From: Trichoplax adhaerens
Taxonomy: Eukaryota; Animalia; Placozoa
Direction of reading: 5' to 3'
Length of the DNA: 64,000 nucleotides
NCBI RefSeq assembly: GCF_000150275.1
Contig: NW_002060971.1
Location: 227,212 to 291,211 of the forward strand
Shown: one piece after another, positions 38,507 through 53,639 of the stretch
How positions within the stretch are numbered: position 1 is the stretch's first letter
How the letters are laid out: every line of letters starts with the position of its first letter
Translations under genes and position numbers: made by a program
The notes under the pieces: model-generated
The model's database searches: none
What the model was told of the DNA's origin: nothing
What the model saw: only the letters and a program-made list of their open reading frames with translations

Positions 38507-40856
38507 TATCATTTTTATCGTCTCATAGTAACACTAAATCAATCCATTGCTTCTTGATTGCTAACGTTCATAGCGATCAACATTTTAGATATTTATCTCA
38601 TCATTCATTCATTAATGGAGATTGATGGAATAGGCTATATAGACTTTCAGTCAGTATGATGTTATTAGTGTTTTATATATTGTAATGACTCCATCAACAG
38701 GATGTATTAATCGACATTTTTTTATAAGGTCATCATTCTACTTTAACAATATGCGATGATAAATTGTTAGTAATCATCGGTTGACAACAGATCTGTACCA
38801 CCCTGTTTATTAATTGATATCATGGTCGATACGAGAGAGATATGTCTTCTTCAATTTCCATATTTTATGTTCATAGATGGACGAAGCTTATGCAAATGTT
38901 GACCGTATCCTTGTGTCTCAATCAGTCAACAGATCTCAAATAGAGTATACCTCGTAGAACCTTGCAAGTGAATAGGTGTTATACCAAGAACGAAGGGTTA
39001 TTACTACATCATGATAGTTCTAACGTCTTCAATACTCGATTAGTACCTTCTACAAAGTGTCCCTTGGTTGAGCACATTTAATAAATTTCGGTTTCCCATG
39101 AATGAAAGAATTGACATTACTAATCAAATGGATGTGATTTAAATTCCTTTTCTAATTAGCATTAATCATGTTTAGTATACGGACAATTGCAGTATAATGG
39201 CTAAAAGTTATTATGGAAATGCAAAATCAATGTCTTTTGTAAAATATTCGTATGTAACTACTGTTTAATAATGTACACTGTAGATTAAGGTCACTTTGAA
39301 TATAAACTCGAAAATTTCTGTAGTAGATTGATATTGACAAGTATCGATAACCATGTTTAATATTGCGCTGAGTTAGTGATCCAACTACTACGATATGGAA
39401 TAGTCCACTAACTAAATTTGATCATTAAATGGATGCAAGAAAATAGAGATACCTAGATTTGGATTACTTTATTGGGTAGAAAGGATGTTTACAAATACCA
39501 ACAAATTACAGGCAAATCATTTTAAGAACATTACAGTAGTAATAAATATTGGTGTGGAGAACTGTTCATATAGTAATTGCAAGATTATTATCAAATACTC
39601 CAGAATTGGCTCATGTTAGCTTAATTCTAGATTATAATTTCTCACTCTTATATTGAATAATATCCAATATCATTTTATAGTAAGCATACTAGCTGTTTTC
39701 TTCATAATCATTGTTGCAAACACAATAACGTACCGCTCTGATGGAGCGATTAATTAATTATTAATATGGTAAATGTTACAAATATTGCAGTATTATAATT
39801 TAAACAGAAAAATGCACAATATAAGCTAAAGGAGACACAGGGTCAACCTGGTTACAATAACATTTGGTGACAACTAAGGGTATCAGTTTACAATAGTTTT
39901 AGTTAGCGCTTAATTACTATCTACTTACAGTTTTGAATGGTATTACGCGTAGTGCCCATATTCATTCTATGGGCAGACACTAACATCAGTGGATTAAGAA
40001 TACCACGTCCATTAGCTCACAAGTAAAATATTAACAAAAGTACTGAAAGTGCAATAGTAACTACTCAAAAATGTGAACATCATAAAGTTATTGATACCAT
40101 GGATAAAGACTTTGTTTATCTAAATTTCTGCCATTACTTTTAGTTATAAGATGTCATCTAGTAGGATAACATACGCGTATTGTACTTTGTAGATAAATCA
40201 TCAAGAATTAGTATTTGATATTAATTTTAGCATGACAATAGTAGAAGGTTATATGTTGAGAGCTGTAGTTAAATTGCACTAAAGATGACACTGCGTTCAT
40301 CAGCATTGACAGCAGCTGCTGTGTCACTTTCAACGTTAGTTTTTAATAGCAAATGAAAAAATTAATATTAAGCTTACTTTTCAGAATAGACAACCTTGTG
40401 CTAATTATACGACATTAGATAATGAATAAACTTCGAGGAGGGATGTAAAATCGAATGTCTTACTATGTTATAAAGGTTAAGTGATTTTTTAATAGTTTTA
40501 TTCAAGCAGAGAAGAGCTAAATTTAGTAGAAATTTTGGTATGATAAAATTTTGATAATGAAGAAAACTTGGAAGATGTATGGTAATTGGTGACTAGGATC
40601 AAAAGATTTAAGATTTTATTTATTTAACCTCCAATCGGATTTACAATCCAAAAACCAAGATTCACTATCTTGATTAGGCTTGATAATGCTAAACGTTACG
40701 GGATATGACGTTCATTCCAGTTGAATACTTCATCTATCAATTAAACTTTATGAAGGAAATGGAAGATGCTTTGATAATTCCAGGAAATCATCTAACTCTT
40801 AAGATAATAAGACGAAAAATGCTACAACACTTGCGGATAATTTCTACTTTACTAGA

Positions 40857-43800
40857 CTAAATTGCAGTAGTAATAATCGTAATTGAAGTAGGTGATTTCT
40901 TTTCGTCTAATGGCTTTGCATGATTAGAATTTTGAGAATTGCCAGAGCTGTGAGTCCTTGCTATAAAATTGCTGCCAGTACTGGGAGTTCGTGTCAATCC
41001 ATCAATACTTTCAAATTTAGTTTCGTATTTAATCAATGTTTCTCTCTGTTATGAAACATATGAGAAATAATTATTTCGTGTCATCACGATGTTTATTTAT
41101 CGATCATAATCATAACTGTGATAGTTTAGGGTAATAGTACAAAGTCAAAAACACCGGCTAATTACTATTATTTAATATTCGAATAGACCGTAACGTTTAG
41201 GGGAGTTTTATTAAAACCTTCATTTGGGATAATGATCAGGCTGCTATTTACCTTAATACGGCTAAGATGACGCCTTAAAGTTTCTGGAGACGTTGGTAAA
41301 GTACGTGAAGTCGAGGTTGAGCGCTTACTTTTATAGCGAAAGAATCGTTTCCTTATGGCGTCGCGGACCTATATAAGGGTATAGATTGAAGATAGAGTTT
41401 TATCATGAAGTGAACGACTTCAAATTGCTTTTAGTTTCTTGTCGAAGTTTGACATTAACTTACTTTACGGTTTAGAATGCAATGAGCTAGGAAGAAGAAT
41501 ACACCCTAAGAATTTAAAATTTTGTATTTCGAATTAATAAAGTCGATAGGATCATTGAACTATCATTATAAGTGGACTTAGCGACAGTATGCTTACAAAA
41601 GCTAATTACGGTCTTATTACTGTATAGATTACATGAAAATGATTATTTTACCTGCAGCGAATTGATGGTTATTGATAAAAGCAAGAGTATGATATAAAGG
41701 GTAGCATTCTGGCACTGAACGAACCATGAAATGACGGTTATTAACCAAGGTATACCCAGTAAGGGGCAAAGGACAAGGAATGAACGAATCCGTTGTCTAA
41801 AAATTTATGGTAAAATTTTAAGTATCAAAAATATATATGATTTAACTTTGCGTTCGAGCTTAATCTGTAAAAAGTTTTATTATCCTTTATTTCAAAATTG
41901 ATGAAAATCATCAGTTTAATCCTAATTTGTGATTATTATTGTTGCAGATGAACTTATTTTACGGATTTTTACCATAAAGTACTGCTGTAATTTAGGAATA
42001 AATTAAGTATGCCACATATTTGAAGTTCGGTAAAGGAATTTCTACTACAATTTATCTCTAAGAACTATTTTTCTATATCGTACTACTCGAACTATTTCAA
42101 ATAATGAGCAAAGGCTGTCGCCAATTTTCCATAAAAATAGGAAGGATGGCTAATAATAGACAGTAGAAAACATATTTTTATAATGATTATAAATATGCTC
42201 CATAAGAAAGACTATTAAGAGTGGTCCAGACGTATTTTTAATTAGGTACCAAGTTCATGCCTTTATTTGCTAATTTAAAAGAGACGAGAAATATCTAGAT
42301 GAATCGTAATTAGTTCGAAAAGAAAGGGTAACTATCGGGTCTATATTATAACATGATAGGCGCAAAGAATACTATGGCTTCATGTTATGCCATAAATTCT
42401 AATCGTAGGTTGTGAGAGTAAAAGGATATAGAATTACAGCTTGTATATAGATCAACAAGGACATTATTGCTTAGTTTACGTTCTCCAAATGCTTCAATTT
42501 ATAGCAAATTTTTACTTTGTACGGTAAAAACAGTTAGTGGTGTATACTATTATTTAATGTGAGCACCTAGGATACTATAAAATCCTGCTATTCGTTCCGT
42601 ATATTATCTGTGAAATCAGTTCTTCAAACATTACTATCTTCTTAAATTAAGTTCTGTAAAGGCAATATTTTATTGGAAAAAAATATACCGAATGTCACCG
42701 CTATCGTCCTTAGCTTTGGTTAGAAGTCTTGGATTTCGATTTTTCTCCAATATGATCAACACGACTATAGCGATAACAAAATTTATCTGAAAAGAAGGAG
42801 TATTAAATAAGAACTGGACGTAGCTTGGAATACCTGTAGTTAATAACATATCGATTTACGCCTCTATATGAAGAATAATATCTGCCACAATATTCAATTT
42901 TAGTGATGTGTTTTGTAATTCCATGTAATCAATATGAAAAAATATGATAGTAGTAAATAAATATGTAGATTGTATTTCTAAGACTATACAGGTATCTTTA
43001 TGGATAATTACTAGAAAGTGAGTCTAGCTTAGCGTGACCTACTTTCTATTTATCTATTGAATTATCGCAAATAAATAAGTAGATTATATTTTCATGAGAC
43101 TATATAGACATCTCTAGAGCTCCATGGATAATTATTAGATATTGTATCTAGCTTGACGCTATCTACTATCTATTTATCTATTGAATGATTGCAAATAATT
43201 TTTAGATTATATTTCCATGATACTACAGTATATAGGCATCGCCAGAGAGCACAACTGATAATTGCTAGATGTTACATCTAGCTTGACATTATCTACTAAC
43301 CATTTATCTATTGAATAATAAATCATCAACTATAGCATTTTATAGCTGTACTAGCAACTTACGCCTGTTATAGCTACGACAGGACCGTAGAGTAACCAAC
43401 TATTAGTAGTGTCGAACCAACATAATGCATACCTATCGATATAGTAAAAGACAGTGAATTAACAGTGAACGATTACTTAAGAACAATTTGGATTAATGTA
43501 CTTGTGATTTAGCTAATTTTTATAACATTTTGAATGGCCTTGATTTCTATCTAGGAAACTTAGTGGTTAAGATCGTCCTTATGATATATGTAATATGCAT
43601 TGGGCAATTATTTATGATGACCCTGATAATTTCTGTATACGAAGCCATATGCCAATCGGTATTACTGTATACAGTTGAAAAGAGATTATGCGATAGATAG
43701 TGAAACTGCAACTAACTTTGCGGCTTTCTATGTATTCAGATGTAAGAGAATAGGATTGCCTTACTGAAAAGATAATGGGCATAATTGCAAGGCTTAAATA

Positions 43801-46556
43801 TTGTTAATATGGTTTTCATAATAACTAATGTCATTGATTAAATCCGTGAATTAAACAGGGTGTCTACTCATCAGATAGAAGAGAGGATTCAATATTTTCT
43901 TTTCAATTCATCTCGATGAAAATAACACAGTGTTTTATTTGCGAGAGTACGTATACAGATTTCTTAAAAGTTAATTATGGACGTAATAAGATATAGCAAT
44001 AACGATAGGTAGATTCCAAAATATTTTAAAATCTTGGAATAAAATCGCCATGTATTATTAATTTCTGATCATGTAAAGAAAACTTACTCATACTCTTCAA
44101 ATTTAAATATATAGGTATTATTGTTTGTCAAAACGCACGATGACGAAATAACCGCTGGACAACCTAAAGTCACGAAGAAATTAATAACGATTGTTTATTG
44201 CTTTAAGCTAAAATAATCAGTAGTTTTAATTCAGAATCTACTACTCTGTATTACTAATACAATCTACTTATTACATTAATATCTAAAGTCTAATGTATCC
44301 ATCGAATAAGATTATCCCTAAAAGTGGTACCGGTATGTTCTGTACCTCTACTGAAATACCCTCGGACACTAGTAAACTTTACTATAGAATTGACCCGAGA
44401 TATAAAGGTCAGAGGATTCAACAATTACTAGATTTTAATAAATAATTAATGTTGTAGCAAGTTCATCTTAGAAATGAAAATAATTAGTAAATCCTGCTTT
44501 TATCACAGTTTTCGTATATTTTAGTTGACTATTAATATAATTTTATAGATGTCAACAAGCCTTACCCCAACCAAAAACGATCATAATACTCAAGCGTTTG
44601 CCACATTGATCAGAATTGGCACTGAAGACACTTATAAAAGTTAGTAATATTTGTACTCCTTCAAGAAGCATCCACATGAAGACTGCAATAGCTAGGTAAT
44701 GACCAATAAAGATGATTGATCCGCAAAATGCAACATTCTGGAAAGCAACGTGGAGTAATATCATTTAGTAAATACGAATAATACATGCTAATATAAGAGT
44801 TCAGGTTTCAAAAAACATTAAAGTTGATGGATGAAATTACGATTAGCTTCACTAATATTTATATGTCATACAAAGAATAAAGATCTAATAATGCATCTTG
44901 GACATACTCTTAGGCAGTAAATTCTAAGTTAGTAAAACGATTTGATCAATAAAGCTAGAATTAATATTAGATATGTCATCGCTATATGAATTATAAAGTA
45001 AGTTATTATACATCACGATTAATACCTGCTAAGTACAATTACCACTAACTAAACTACGTATCGGACTAATTTTAAGCAAATATGCATATGTTATATCAAT
45101 GTTGTGAAAACAATCAAAGGTAACATTTACTTCTGTTTCAGGCACCCAGTTCCAAAGAAATATGATCGCCCATGAGAAATAAAATGTTAGTGCTACCAAG
45201 TAATTAATATGAATGATTCTTGTATCTGTCATGATTAATCTTTTTTCGTCAAATTCGGTAGTTGCAAGAGAAATTCAATCGTCCATGTAAATGATTATTG
45301 CGATAGAAGAGAAATTCATTATCAAAATATGTCTATAATTACTTACTACATTTACAGTATACATTCCTATCGATGTAATTAAAGATTAGTCTTGAACTGG
45401 AAGTGTCAGGAAATAAAATAAAATGATGCGGCTAATATTTGTGTAACTATGACCACTTAATAAATTTTTAGTATTTCAAAACGGTATATCAGCATTTTAG
45501 AAATTTATCTTAAACTACCAGCTGCATTAAAAGAGGTAAAATAGTGACTATACTGCATATAATGGCGGTTTCAAAGTTGTACTCAATTTGTCAAAAATCA
45601 CTCGTATGTAATTGACTATTTCCATTAATATATCGAAAAAGTATCAATAAAAGCTTATTATCGTAAAGAAATATCTTCTAAAGCTACGCTAATGTTTATT
45701 ATATATATATAGTTCAATGTATTATGTACAGCGCGTAATAGAATTAGCAGCTACAATTACATGAAACATATCGAGAAAGTATGCGGAAAATATCATGAAG
45801 GCTCAGGATATTAATTGAGAAGAGAGCATCAATTACTGTCAATATACTGGTTGCCAACATTGATGATAATAAAAACAAGGGAATAAATTTACGGTACAGA
45901 AGCACTTTATAATTTCTTTACAAAACAAGCTATTAGTCTAATTGAAGCTACCCTATGGTCATTGTAAGGCCGATGTTATATCTGAAAAATATATATTTTG
46001 TCAAAGAGGGCCTAGAATTCGATCTTTATTAAATACTGCGCCACTTAATTCATTAGTTATTTAATTATAAACTCAATCTTACGAGGAAAGGAGGACAATG
46101 GATGCTATCGTGGCAATCACCGAAAGGCACATTAGAGCAGTGTCGAAATGTTCGAACCCTGCAATGAAATAAAGGACATCGAGCGATAGCTAATAGATAG
46201 GAAATAAAGCAACCAATGATAAATACGTAGTAAATGAGATGATTTTATTCGGTTTTATATATTAATAAATTTAAATTACGATATTATAATTATCAAAAAA
46301 GAAAATACTAATAATTAATAGCAAACTTTAAGCGATTAATTATCAGTTCATATTACGAATTTCGAGCACTACATACATAGTTGGTAGCACAATAATCGTC
46401 TCCAGGCTCTCCCTTAGTTGTATTAGATGATTCGTTTTGGGCTAAATTGCGTCTCATTCGCCAAGATAAATCTTGAAATGAGTTCACATTAGATAAACTG
46501 CGTCGTTGATTTTCAGTGGAAAGAAAAGGGTGTCTCCACATAGTTCGACGAATCAT
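40857..46556 (-). CDS. Adhesion/secretin-family (7tm_2) GPCR, ~434 aa from ATG 46556; true start may be further upstream
   Basis: Exons (-) 46573/46556-46377, 46189-46083, 45239-45131, 44737-44566, 44163-44088, 43432-43363, 42786-42689, 41796-41652, 41505-41464, 41368-41252, 41045-40857 total 1305 nt in frame from the ATG. Family motifs: TM1 LMCLSVIAT, TM2 RIIHINY, TM3 C...HY...FMWMLLEG, TM4 GWGCP, ECL2 CW, TM6 PLLGIPW, TM7 NSLQGVFFFLAHCILN, helix 8 KVRDAI. Confidence 0.88.
42965..43320. repeat. Intronic tandem repeat x3 (~115-125 bp) in the GPCR gene
   Basis: TAGATTxTATTT...GATAATTxxTAGA...TCTAGCTT...ATTTATCTATTGAAT occurs three times. Confidence 0.85.
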
Positions 46557-49469
46557 TGCTGATATATCAAGTCCTAGGGAATAAATTGATTTTTCGTAGA
46601 GATTTAAAATTAAAGTTCCGCAAATCGACTGATTGATAGCTAATGGTATTAATAATTATTCTAGTAACATTTCTTGAGCTCAATGGTGTTTTTATTTGGA
46701 GTTGCAAAACTGCAAGCTCTTGTTACTGACACTAATGTATGTCATTGATCATTTTTAAAATACACTAATTATATTGCTACTGCAATCATATTTCATATAA
46801 AACGGAGAGCTGAGATCTATTTAGATATGATAAAATGAATAATAAGTTAGATAAGTGCTATCATTTCGGAAACTAACGTTAACTGATACATAATCATTTC
46901 AAGATGTAATAGATTTTAAAAATGAATCAGGTCCATCTATACTATTATTCAAGGTAACCAAGCATAATAATTATAAGAGTAAAGTAAATCCTTAAATACA
47001 TTCATTTTATTTTAATGCGCGTCTATACGATTGAGCAAAATCTTATTTTTCTTCAGAATCATGTTACAACCTAATATTAAAAATATACGACATGATCTAT
47101 TCCTATTAATTTAGAATCGCATTAATGATTTCTATACGACTGTGGAGAGACCATTAGCGCAAAATAACTATTTATAAGATGGGAGTCTGATTTTCATATG
47201 ATCCTAATTGCTGAAAATTTAATATTATTGTACACTTCAATTTAGAGAATGCAAGTAATGTTAAGTTAAGAAAATTAAATTTGATAATAATCTAGGTACC
47301 TGTTCATAGAAACGAGTTTGATGTAAGTATTGATAAAAACGCAAATAGCTGCTTTTATTATTTGCTACATTTAGGCTACGACGTTATCCTTTATTGTCTA
47401 GAGTTACTAATATTTTCAATTTTAATAATGCTATAACAATAAATCATTATTAATTACTTCAGCTAGCTAGGGTATTATTAAATCATTTGTTACAGCTCCT
47501 TTCTCATTATATATATTCTCATTTTGATGCCATCCTCTGTTTTTTGTATATTAGGCTTAACTAAACAACCATACTGTAGTATCTTCCGTGTTACGTTTAC
47601 GGCAAAATTGCATCATCCATAAATACTGCATCTCCCATTATAGTATGTAACAGGTCTATTTTTTCATAGTCTTTAATGGAATGTACAATAACAAATATTA
47701 AAATAAATGAGATTCAAAATTTCAAAAAGCAGCAGTTGCAAGCAGCTATATTTTAATGAATAGCGCATATCTTTATGGAACTAAATAAAATAGAGGTAAT
47801 TGTTATTTTTTGCCAAACGACTGTATATATATACCGTTACTATCACGTAATTTTCATTTAATTGCTCATCATCTGCAAATTAGAACAATAATTGCATCCT
47901 AAGCATTAATTTTTCATTATGCATAGATAGTGTTTTGTCAGTGATATCTAGTACAATCACACTGTTAGCTTCTACAGGATCAGATCGACAATTTTAATGT
48001 ATAGTGAAATTAAAATTTATGAGTATACTTCATCTTTAAATATCAAAGAAAATTTAGTAAACGCCTACGTATTCTTAACTTTGACTTTGTTTCAGTATAT
48101 GCTAGGCATTAACTTTGATTTTTAGAGTCGTTTTAAATTAAAGTTATAATAAAAAATTTACTAATCATGACTTCATTCTACAATATATTTCTTTGTATGA
48201 TAATCCAGACATTAGTAAATACAAATAATTAATAGTTAGCAATTTATTGCTTTTAAAATGAATGTGATAGTAAAGTAATTCCTGATAATGATCGACGATC
48301 TAGGTGAATTAGATTACTGTATGATAAATTCATCATTTTTGCTAGAGATAGCATATTTGCTGATATTCAGATGCTTTACAGTTTGATGACTTATTGTAAC
48401 ACCTCCCTGTACCAGCAGTAACGGCTAGAAATTATTTTTAAGTTTTTTAGGTATATTGACTGAAAGTATTCCAGAGTTTTGTAGTAAGCCTTTTACTATG
48501 TGATTATAATTAATGCCATGAAGCAATAAATTAATTTCTATAAATTTAAACTGATCGAATGGCTTTGCTTTTCAACTACATATTTATTAAAAATATTGGA
48601 AATTTCCGGCGCTAAACAAAGTAGCAGCAATCGCTAGCATACTCAATAATTATTAGTGATAAAACAATGCTTATAATATGATGCTATATGCTTTAATTCG
48701 ATTTGCGATCTCATCATCTATTAGACTATAGTCTTAAAGATCGCTATAGGGACAGCATTTGCCAAGGTAGTCATGGGATATTGTATTATTATCATTTAGT
48801 TTGGTGGTAGTCAGAAAATACACAAAATATTTAACAAATAAATAATAATTTTTAAATTGATCACGAGCAGTAGATACTATTCCCTTACAGAGCTATTTTA
48901 CAATTTATTTATAACAAGTTAATGAAATATGTATGGCCTTCTTTAAAAGAATAGAAATTTTTGGCTAAATAAAGCATTCGCTTTTAATGATAAGATGATA
49001 CTGTCTACGGCTCTATGGTCTTATTCAGCCTATTCTTAAGATATTTTCGTGAATTAAATTGAAAAATCCCGTTGTGAAGTGTAGAGAATGAGATGATGAT
49101 AAGGTAGGACACCGATAATAGGCGCGGTTTTAATTTTAAAATTAAGCTATCTTTCATTATTAGCTATCGAAATAGGTTATTCTGCCAGAGTTGACTGGAA
49201 ACTTCTTTCTATAGATAAAGTAACAAAATTTAATATTCTATGACAATTATCTGGTCTCTTTTTTTTATAATTTTCGTGTCTGCTGCATTCAAAAATGCTT
49301 CAGAAACCGCATGGTACTGAATGTTACTAGTAAAAAAATTGTGGCAACGGCTGCTTCTTGACCATATTGCCCTGGTCATAGACTGTAATATCCGCAGTGG
49401 TTAGGAATTAACAAAATGTTACATTGCCATAAAGTAAAAAGTCTAGCGTAGTCATAATTTTACTATATG

Positions 49470-49912
49470 GTGATAGTTATAATCTTAAATTTAAACATTT
49501 TTAATTAAAATCGATGATAGATGTTGCACATTTAAGCTACTATTTAGTAATATTACCAATAGCTTTGAATTTGATTTGCAGCAATTTTTTTCAAAGAACT
49601 AGAAATGTATCTCCAATAGTGCCAATAAATTAATTAATAATATCGAGGAAGAGCATTCCTTGTAATGCTCTTCAATAATGTAAAGATAAAATCATGGTAA
49701 CACTTATAGTCTTAAATTTTTTAACGTTTTCTAATTGAAATGGATGATAGATATTGCATATTTAAGCTCCTATTCTGTAATATTGCTAATGGTTTTGAAT
49801 TTGATTTACCGCAGTTTTTGTCTGAAGACCAGAAATGTATCTCTAACGGCGCTAGCAAATTAAGTAACAATATCGAGGACGAGCATTGCAGAAATGCTCT
49901 TCAATAACGTAA
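49470..49912. repeat. Direct duplication x2 (~230 bp), each copy ending in a hairpin
   Basis: GATGATAGATxTTGCAxATTTAAGCT...AGAAATGTATCTC...AATATCGAGGAxGAGCATT..AATGCTCTTCAATAA occurs twice. Confidence 0.85.
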
Positions 49913-52900
49913 TGAAAAATAATTCTGTTGGCCTTAGGATAATCATCTTCTAACATGAGAGAAAGCCATTGGCTCAAGTATGGTAAAAATGGAGTGATAA
50001 TGAACATTTGATCCAAAATGTGTTCAATTTACTAATGAGTTTTGATGTTATAATCGCTACAACGATGACTACATCTGGTGTAAGATTAAGATTGAACTAT
50101 TTCCCATATTTATAAAGTACCAATAATATTTACCACTTTGATGCGATGCAGCTTGAATACCATTTCCATCAAGCAATATCAGGCACAAAATTATCACTTC
50201 AATGCCAAGAAAAGTGATTCCATTTTCCACGAAAAAGGAAAAAAGTCAAATTAGTATTTAATAAGCAAGAAAATCAATTAATCTACTCCATGAATCACAG
50301 TGAATCTATCAGCTTATCGAGATTGATGATTCAAAATGACAGGATTGATTTCAATCTGTTAAATCTATACCGTAATGAACGATTTTAGCCATGAAACTTT
50401 CCAAATCGAATTGGTAACCACAACACTAAAAGAAATAATCTAGAATAAATTGTTACTAAATACTGGCTAAATTAGGAAGAGATCCGCAATATAAATCGGT
50501 AAAATCAAATACTTTGAGAATCTAATGAATAAAAGGTAAAAGACAAGACTAATTAAGAATTGCTTTCTTTCTATAGATCGATGTATATATATCACTATAT
50601 TGTTTTAAAAATAAACACGAGTGATAAAATTATTTGTTAACTTTAATTGTTTGTTATTATTGAGGAGTAGATATATAATTATTTATAAGATGTTTAAAGT
50701 TTTGTTTCCTTTACTCTATCATACATCATTGAAAAGATTTTGATGTCATTTATTTCTTGTAATGATGCCTCTTTTGTTAATAATAATGATAGCAAATAAA
50801 TACAATATCTACAAAAGCCACGATCAAGTGTTAATGACGACCTAGTTATTAATTTTAAGAAGTGTATTTCCTGCCCAGGTAACAAAGAAGTGATAGAACT
50901 ATAGTAGACATGATATTGAGTTATGTCAACAGAGGTGTAGAAAGGTATAACAATAAATCCAATACAGAGATCAACTTGCCAAGTATTTTATATGATCTGT
51001 CAATTCATCATTATTACTGTTGCTTTAATCGGTCCATACATGGATAGTAACATATACACATAGTGGTATGCTCAGTCTATCTTTATATGTACTTTATACA
51101 CATGCTGTAGAATCTGATATGTACTTTACTTCATATTATACTTCTTATTAAGTATTATATTAATTTGGTCTACTTAGCGTCTGTTTACGATAACTACGTA
51201 TGTAAGAGTTGTAAGTGGCAATGCTATATGAGTAATTACAGAATGTGTTTAAGGAGCTCATCAAAGTAATCAAGCTGACTGGTTAACGCTATCCACGAAT
51301 CTTGTCTCTGTGCCAGCAGTATACAACAATTATAATATTATTTTTTGGCGATTATAATTAACTCACACATGTCAACTGATCAACCATTGTACTTACAGTA
51401 TTTTGATAATAACATGATGAAGAAAACATCATTAAAATTTCATTACATATTAATTGAATTGATTAAATATTGAATAATAAATCGATCAGGGATTGAATTG
51501 ATTTCGTATTTCCAATAATGTTAGGCAATATTTTAAGTTATTGCGTGGTTGCATCTAATCGTCATTATTATTTCCATGATTTAGCCATAAAAATCTTATC
51601 TTGTACTTGTATAAGATTTATTGGGCTTGAACATAGTAGTCGAAAGATATCAATTTAAAATATTGCAATAATATTTTGATACGCACAGGTATCATATTAA
51701 TCAATTAGCAGGGATAAAAATGAGGTTCAATTACTTTATCGGACGTATTTTGTAGCTATTTCCAAAGTATCAGCCCAAATTGTTACAGAAAGATTTAAAA
51801 ATGGCTATATCAACTTATTATATGGTCATTTACGATAATTTTAAAAAATTCATAAATTAAATTAGCACACAGTCAGAAATTTCAGAAAAAATATGACGTA
51901 AAGTCGATCCTATTGAATATGACTCTTGTAAATAGATGAATGAGCGTTCATAGTCGATAATCTTCATTGCTCAATAGTGGAGCAAGGATTAAAATTTAAA
52001 CTTCAGCATCAATTTTTAATCAATATCGACTCAGTTTATCTGTAAATCTATCGATCGATCTGTCTAAGAATCTATCAATGCATTTTATTTGTCATTATTA
52101 AATAGGGTATCTTATAGATTTATATTTCCACATCAGATTGGCTTTAAGTATCTACATACTCAATTATATGGATCTCTAGTGGTTTATCTATCCATCTTAT
52201 TTAGTAAATGTTGCACGAATGCCGTCGAAATCTCTTTATACTATATAGATATTTGTGTTATTTTATTATTTCGTAGAATAATTTTAGAATACATCCTTTG
52301 ATATCAGCACATTGATTTCAATAACACTGTGATATTGTTTTAATCAGTCACTATAAAGTAAACTTCAGAGACTACGTTAAACTCTACTAATTATTGCGGA
52401 ATAGCTTAAATTACAAGTTAAGATACACAGTACATAATTGCATAACCGCTTGAAGGATGAATATGGTTATCCACATTGCTAAACAGAAATTGGATTCACA
52501 TAATCTCACAAAACATATCTGGCAAGTCTAATGATATGTGTAGTAACCACTAACACAGATTCTGAAGAATATGAGAAAAAATTCATCCCTGACTTATTAA
52601 GGCTTAGTTTAATTGCTAGTAATAGATTAAACTATGAAAGAGTTTACAACCAAATTTACTATGCTAATTAGAATACACGGGTGGATACCTAGTTTAGAAA
52701 AATATTCGCGCTTCTGCATTCTGATTGTTACTTTCAATAATAATAAATTTGCAGTTACACTGTAAACTTCCTAGTCTCTATTAACTATTACAACGGATTA
52801 AAGTTCAATCAAAAACAACTTCAATCCATTTTAACCTCGTGGATAGAATTTTTAAATAACCAATTTCGCTAGCTCGATTACCATTGGAAAATATAGAATC

Positions 52901-53639
52901 ATTGTAATTATTTTTCAACTTATTCCATATTTATTTCTAATTTCTTCTGTACGATGGGCATTTCAGTAGCCTTTAGGTTAATGATGGAATCAATTCTAAA
53001 ATATAATTCTAAAACCTGGTTTATTTTTTTACTACCTATTCGCCAATATCTCACTTTCGACACCATTTCAATATTAATTTAATTTCAAATTAACATGGTA
53101 ACGGGCCTGATTAATAACTTATAATTACGGTAGCTAGTCGTCATAAATTCTAGATAAAAATATCGAGTTGTTCATCGCGATGTCTTTAAAATTTAAATTA
53201 CTTAATAATAGATTTATTGTTTGCAACCATCCTGAAATCCTCGTTACTCCCTAAAATCCAGATAATTCATCGATCATCGATTGTTCTTCTTAATTTTATG
53301 ACTGAACTTTCTTTCAGTTTTGAGTCGCATAACAAGTTATGCCGCTGATAGTAATTACGCACTAGAATAATAGCATACATTGAATATTTAATAAATATAG
53401 TATGGACGTAAGGTCGATCTAACACTTATTGTTGTTATGGTTAAATTTTATTCATATCTAAAGTGAAGAGCGAATGATAGCTATTGAAGTAATGGAACTC
53501 TACAGTTAAATTAAATTATATATCAGCTTTACTGATATCATATTTTACGTCATACAATTCTCGTGTACCGTATTATTACGTTCTTCAAGGATCCTGCAAA
53601 TAGGTTATATTGAAAGATCTCAATGGAACTGGTAGATAT

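Noticed and set aside
46083-46158. Alternative Cys-rich frame (VRTFRHCSNVPFGDCHDSIHC) of the GPCR TM1 exon
   Set aside because: It ends in the wrong phase for the TM2 exon and would remove TM1; the other frame fits the family pattern.
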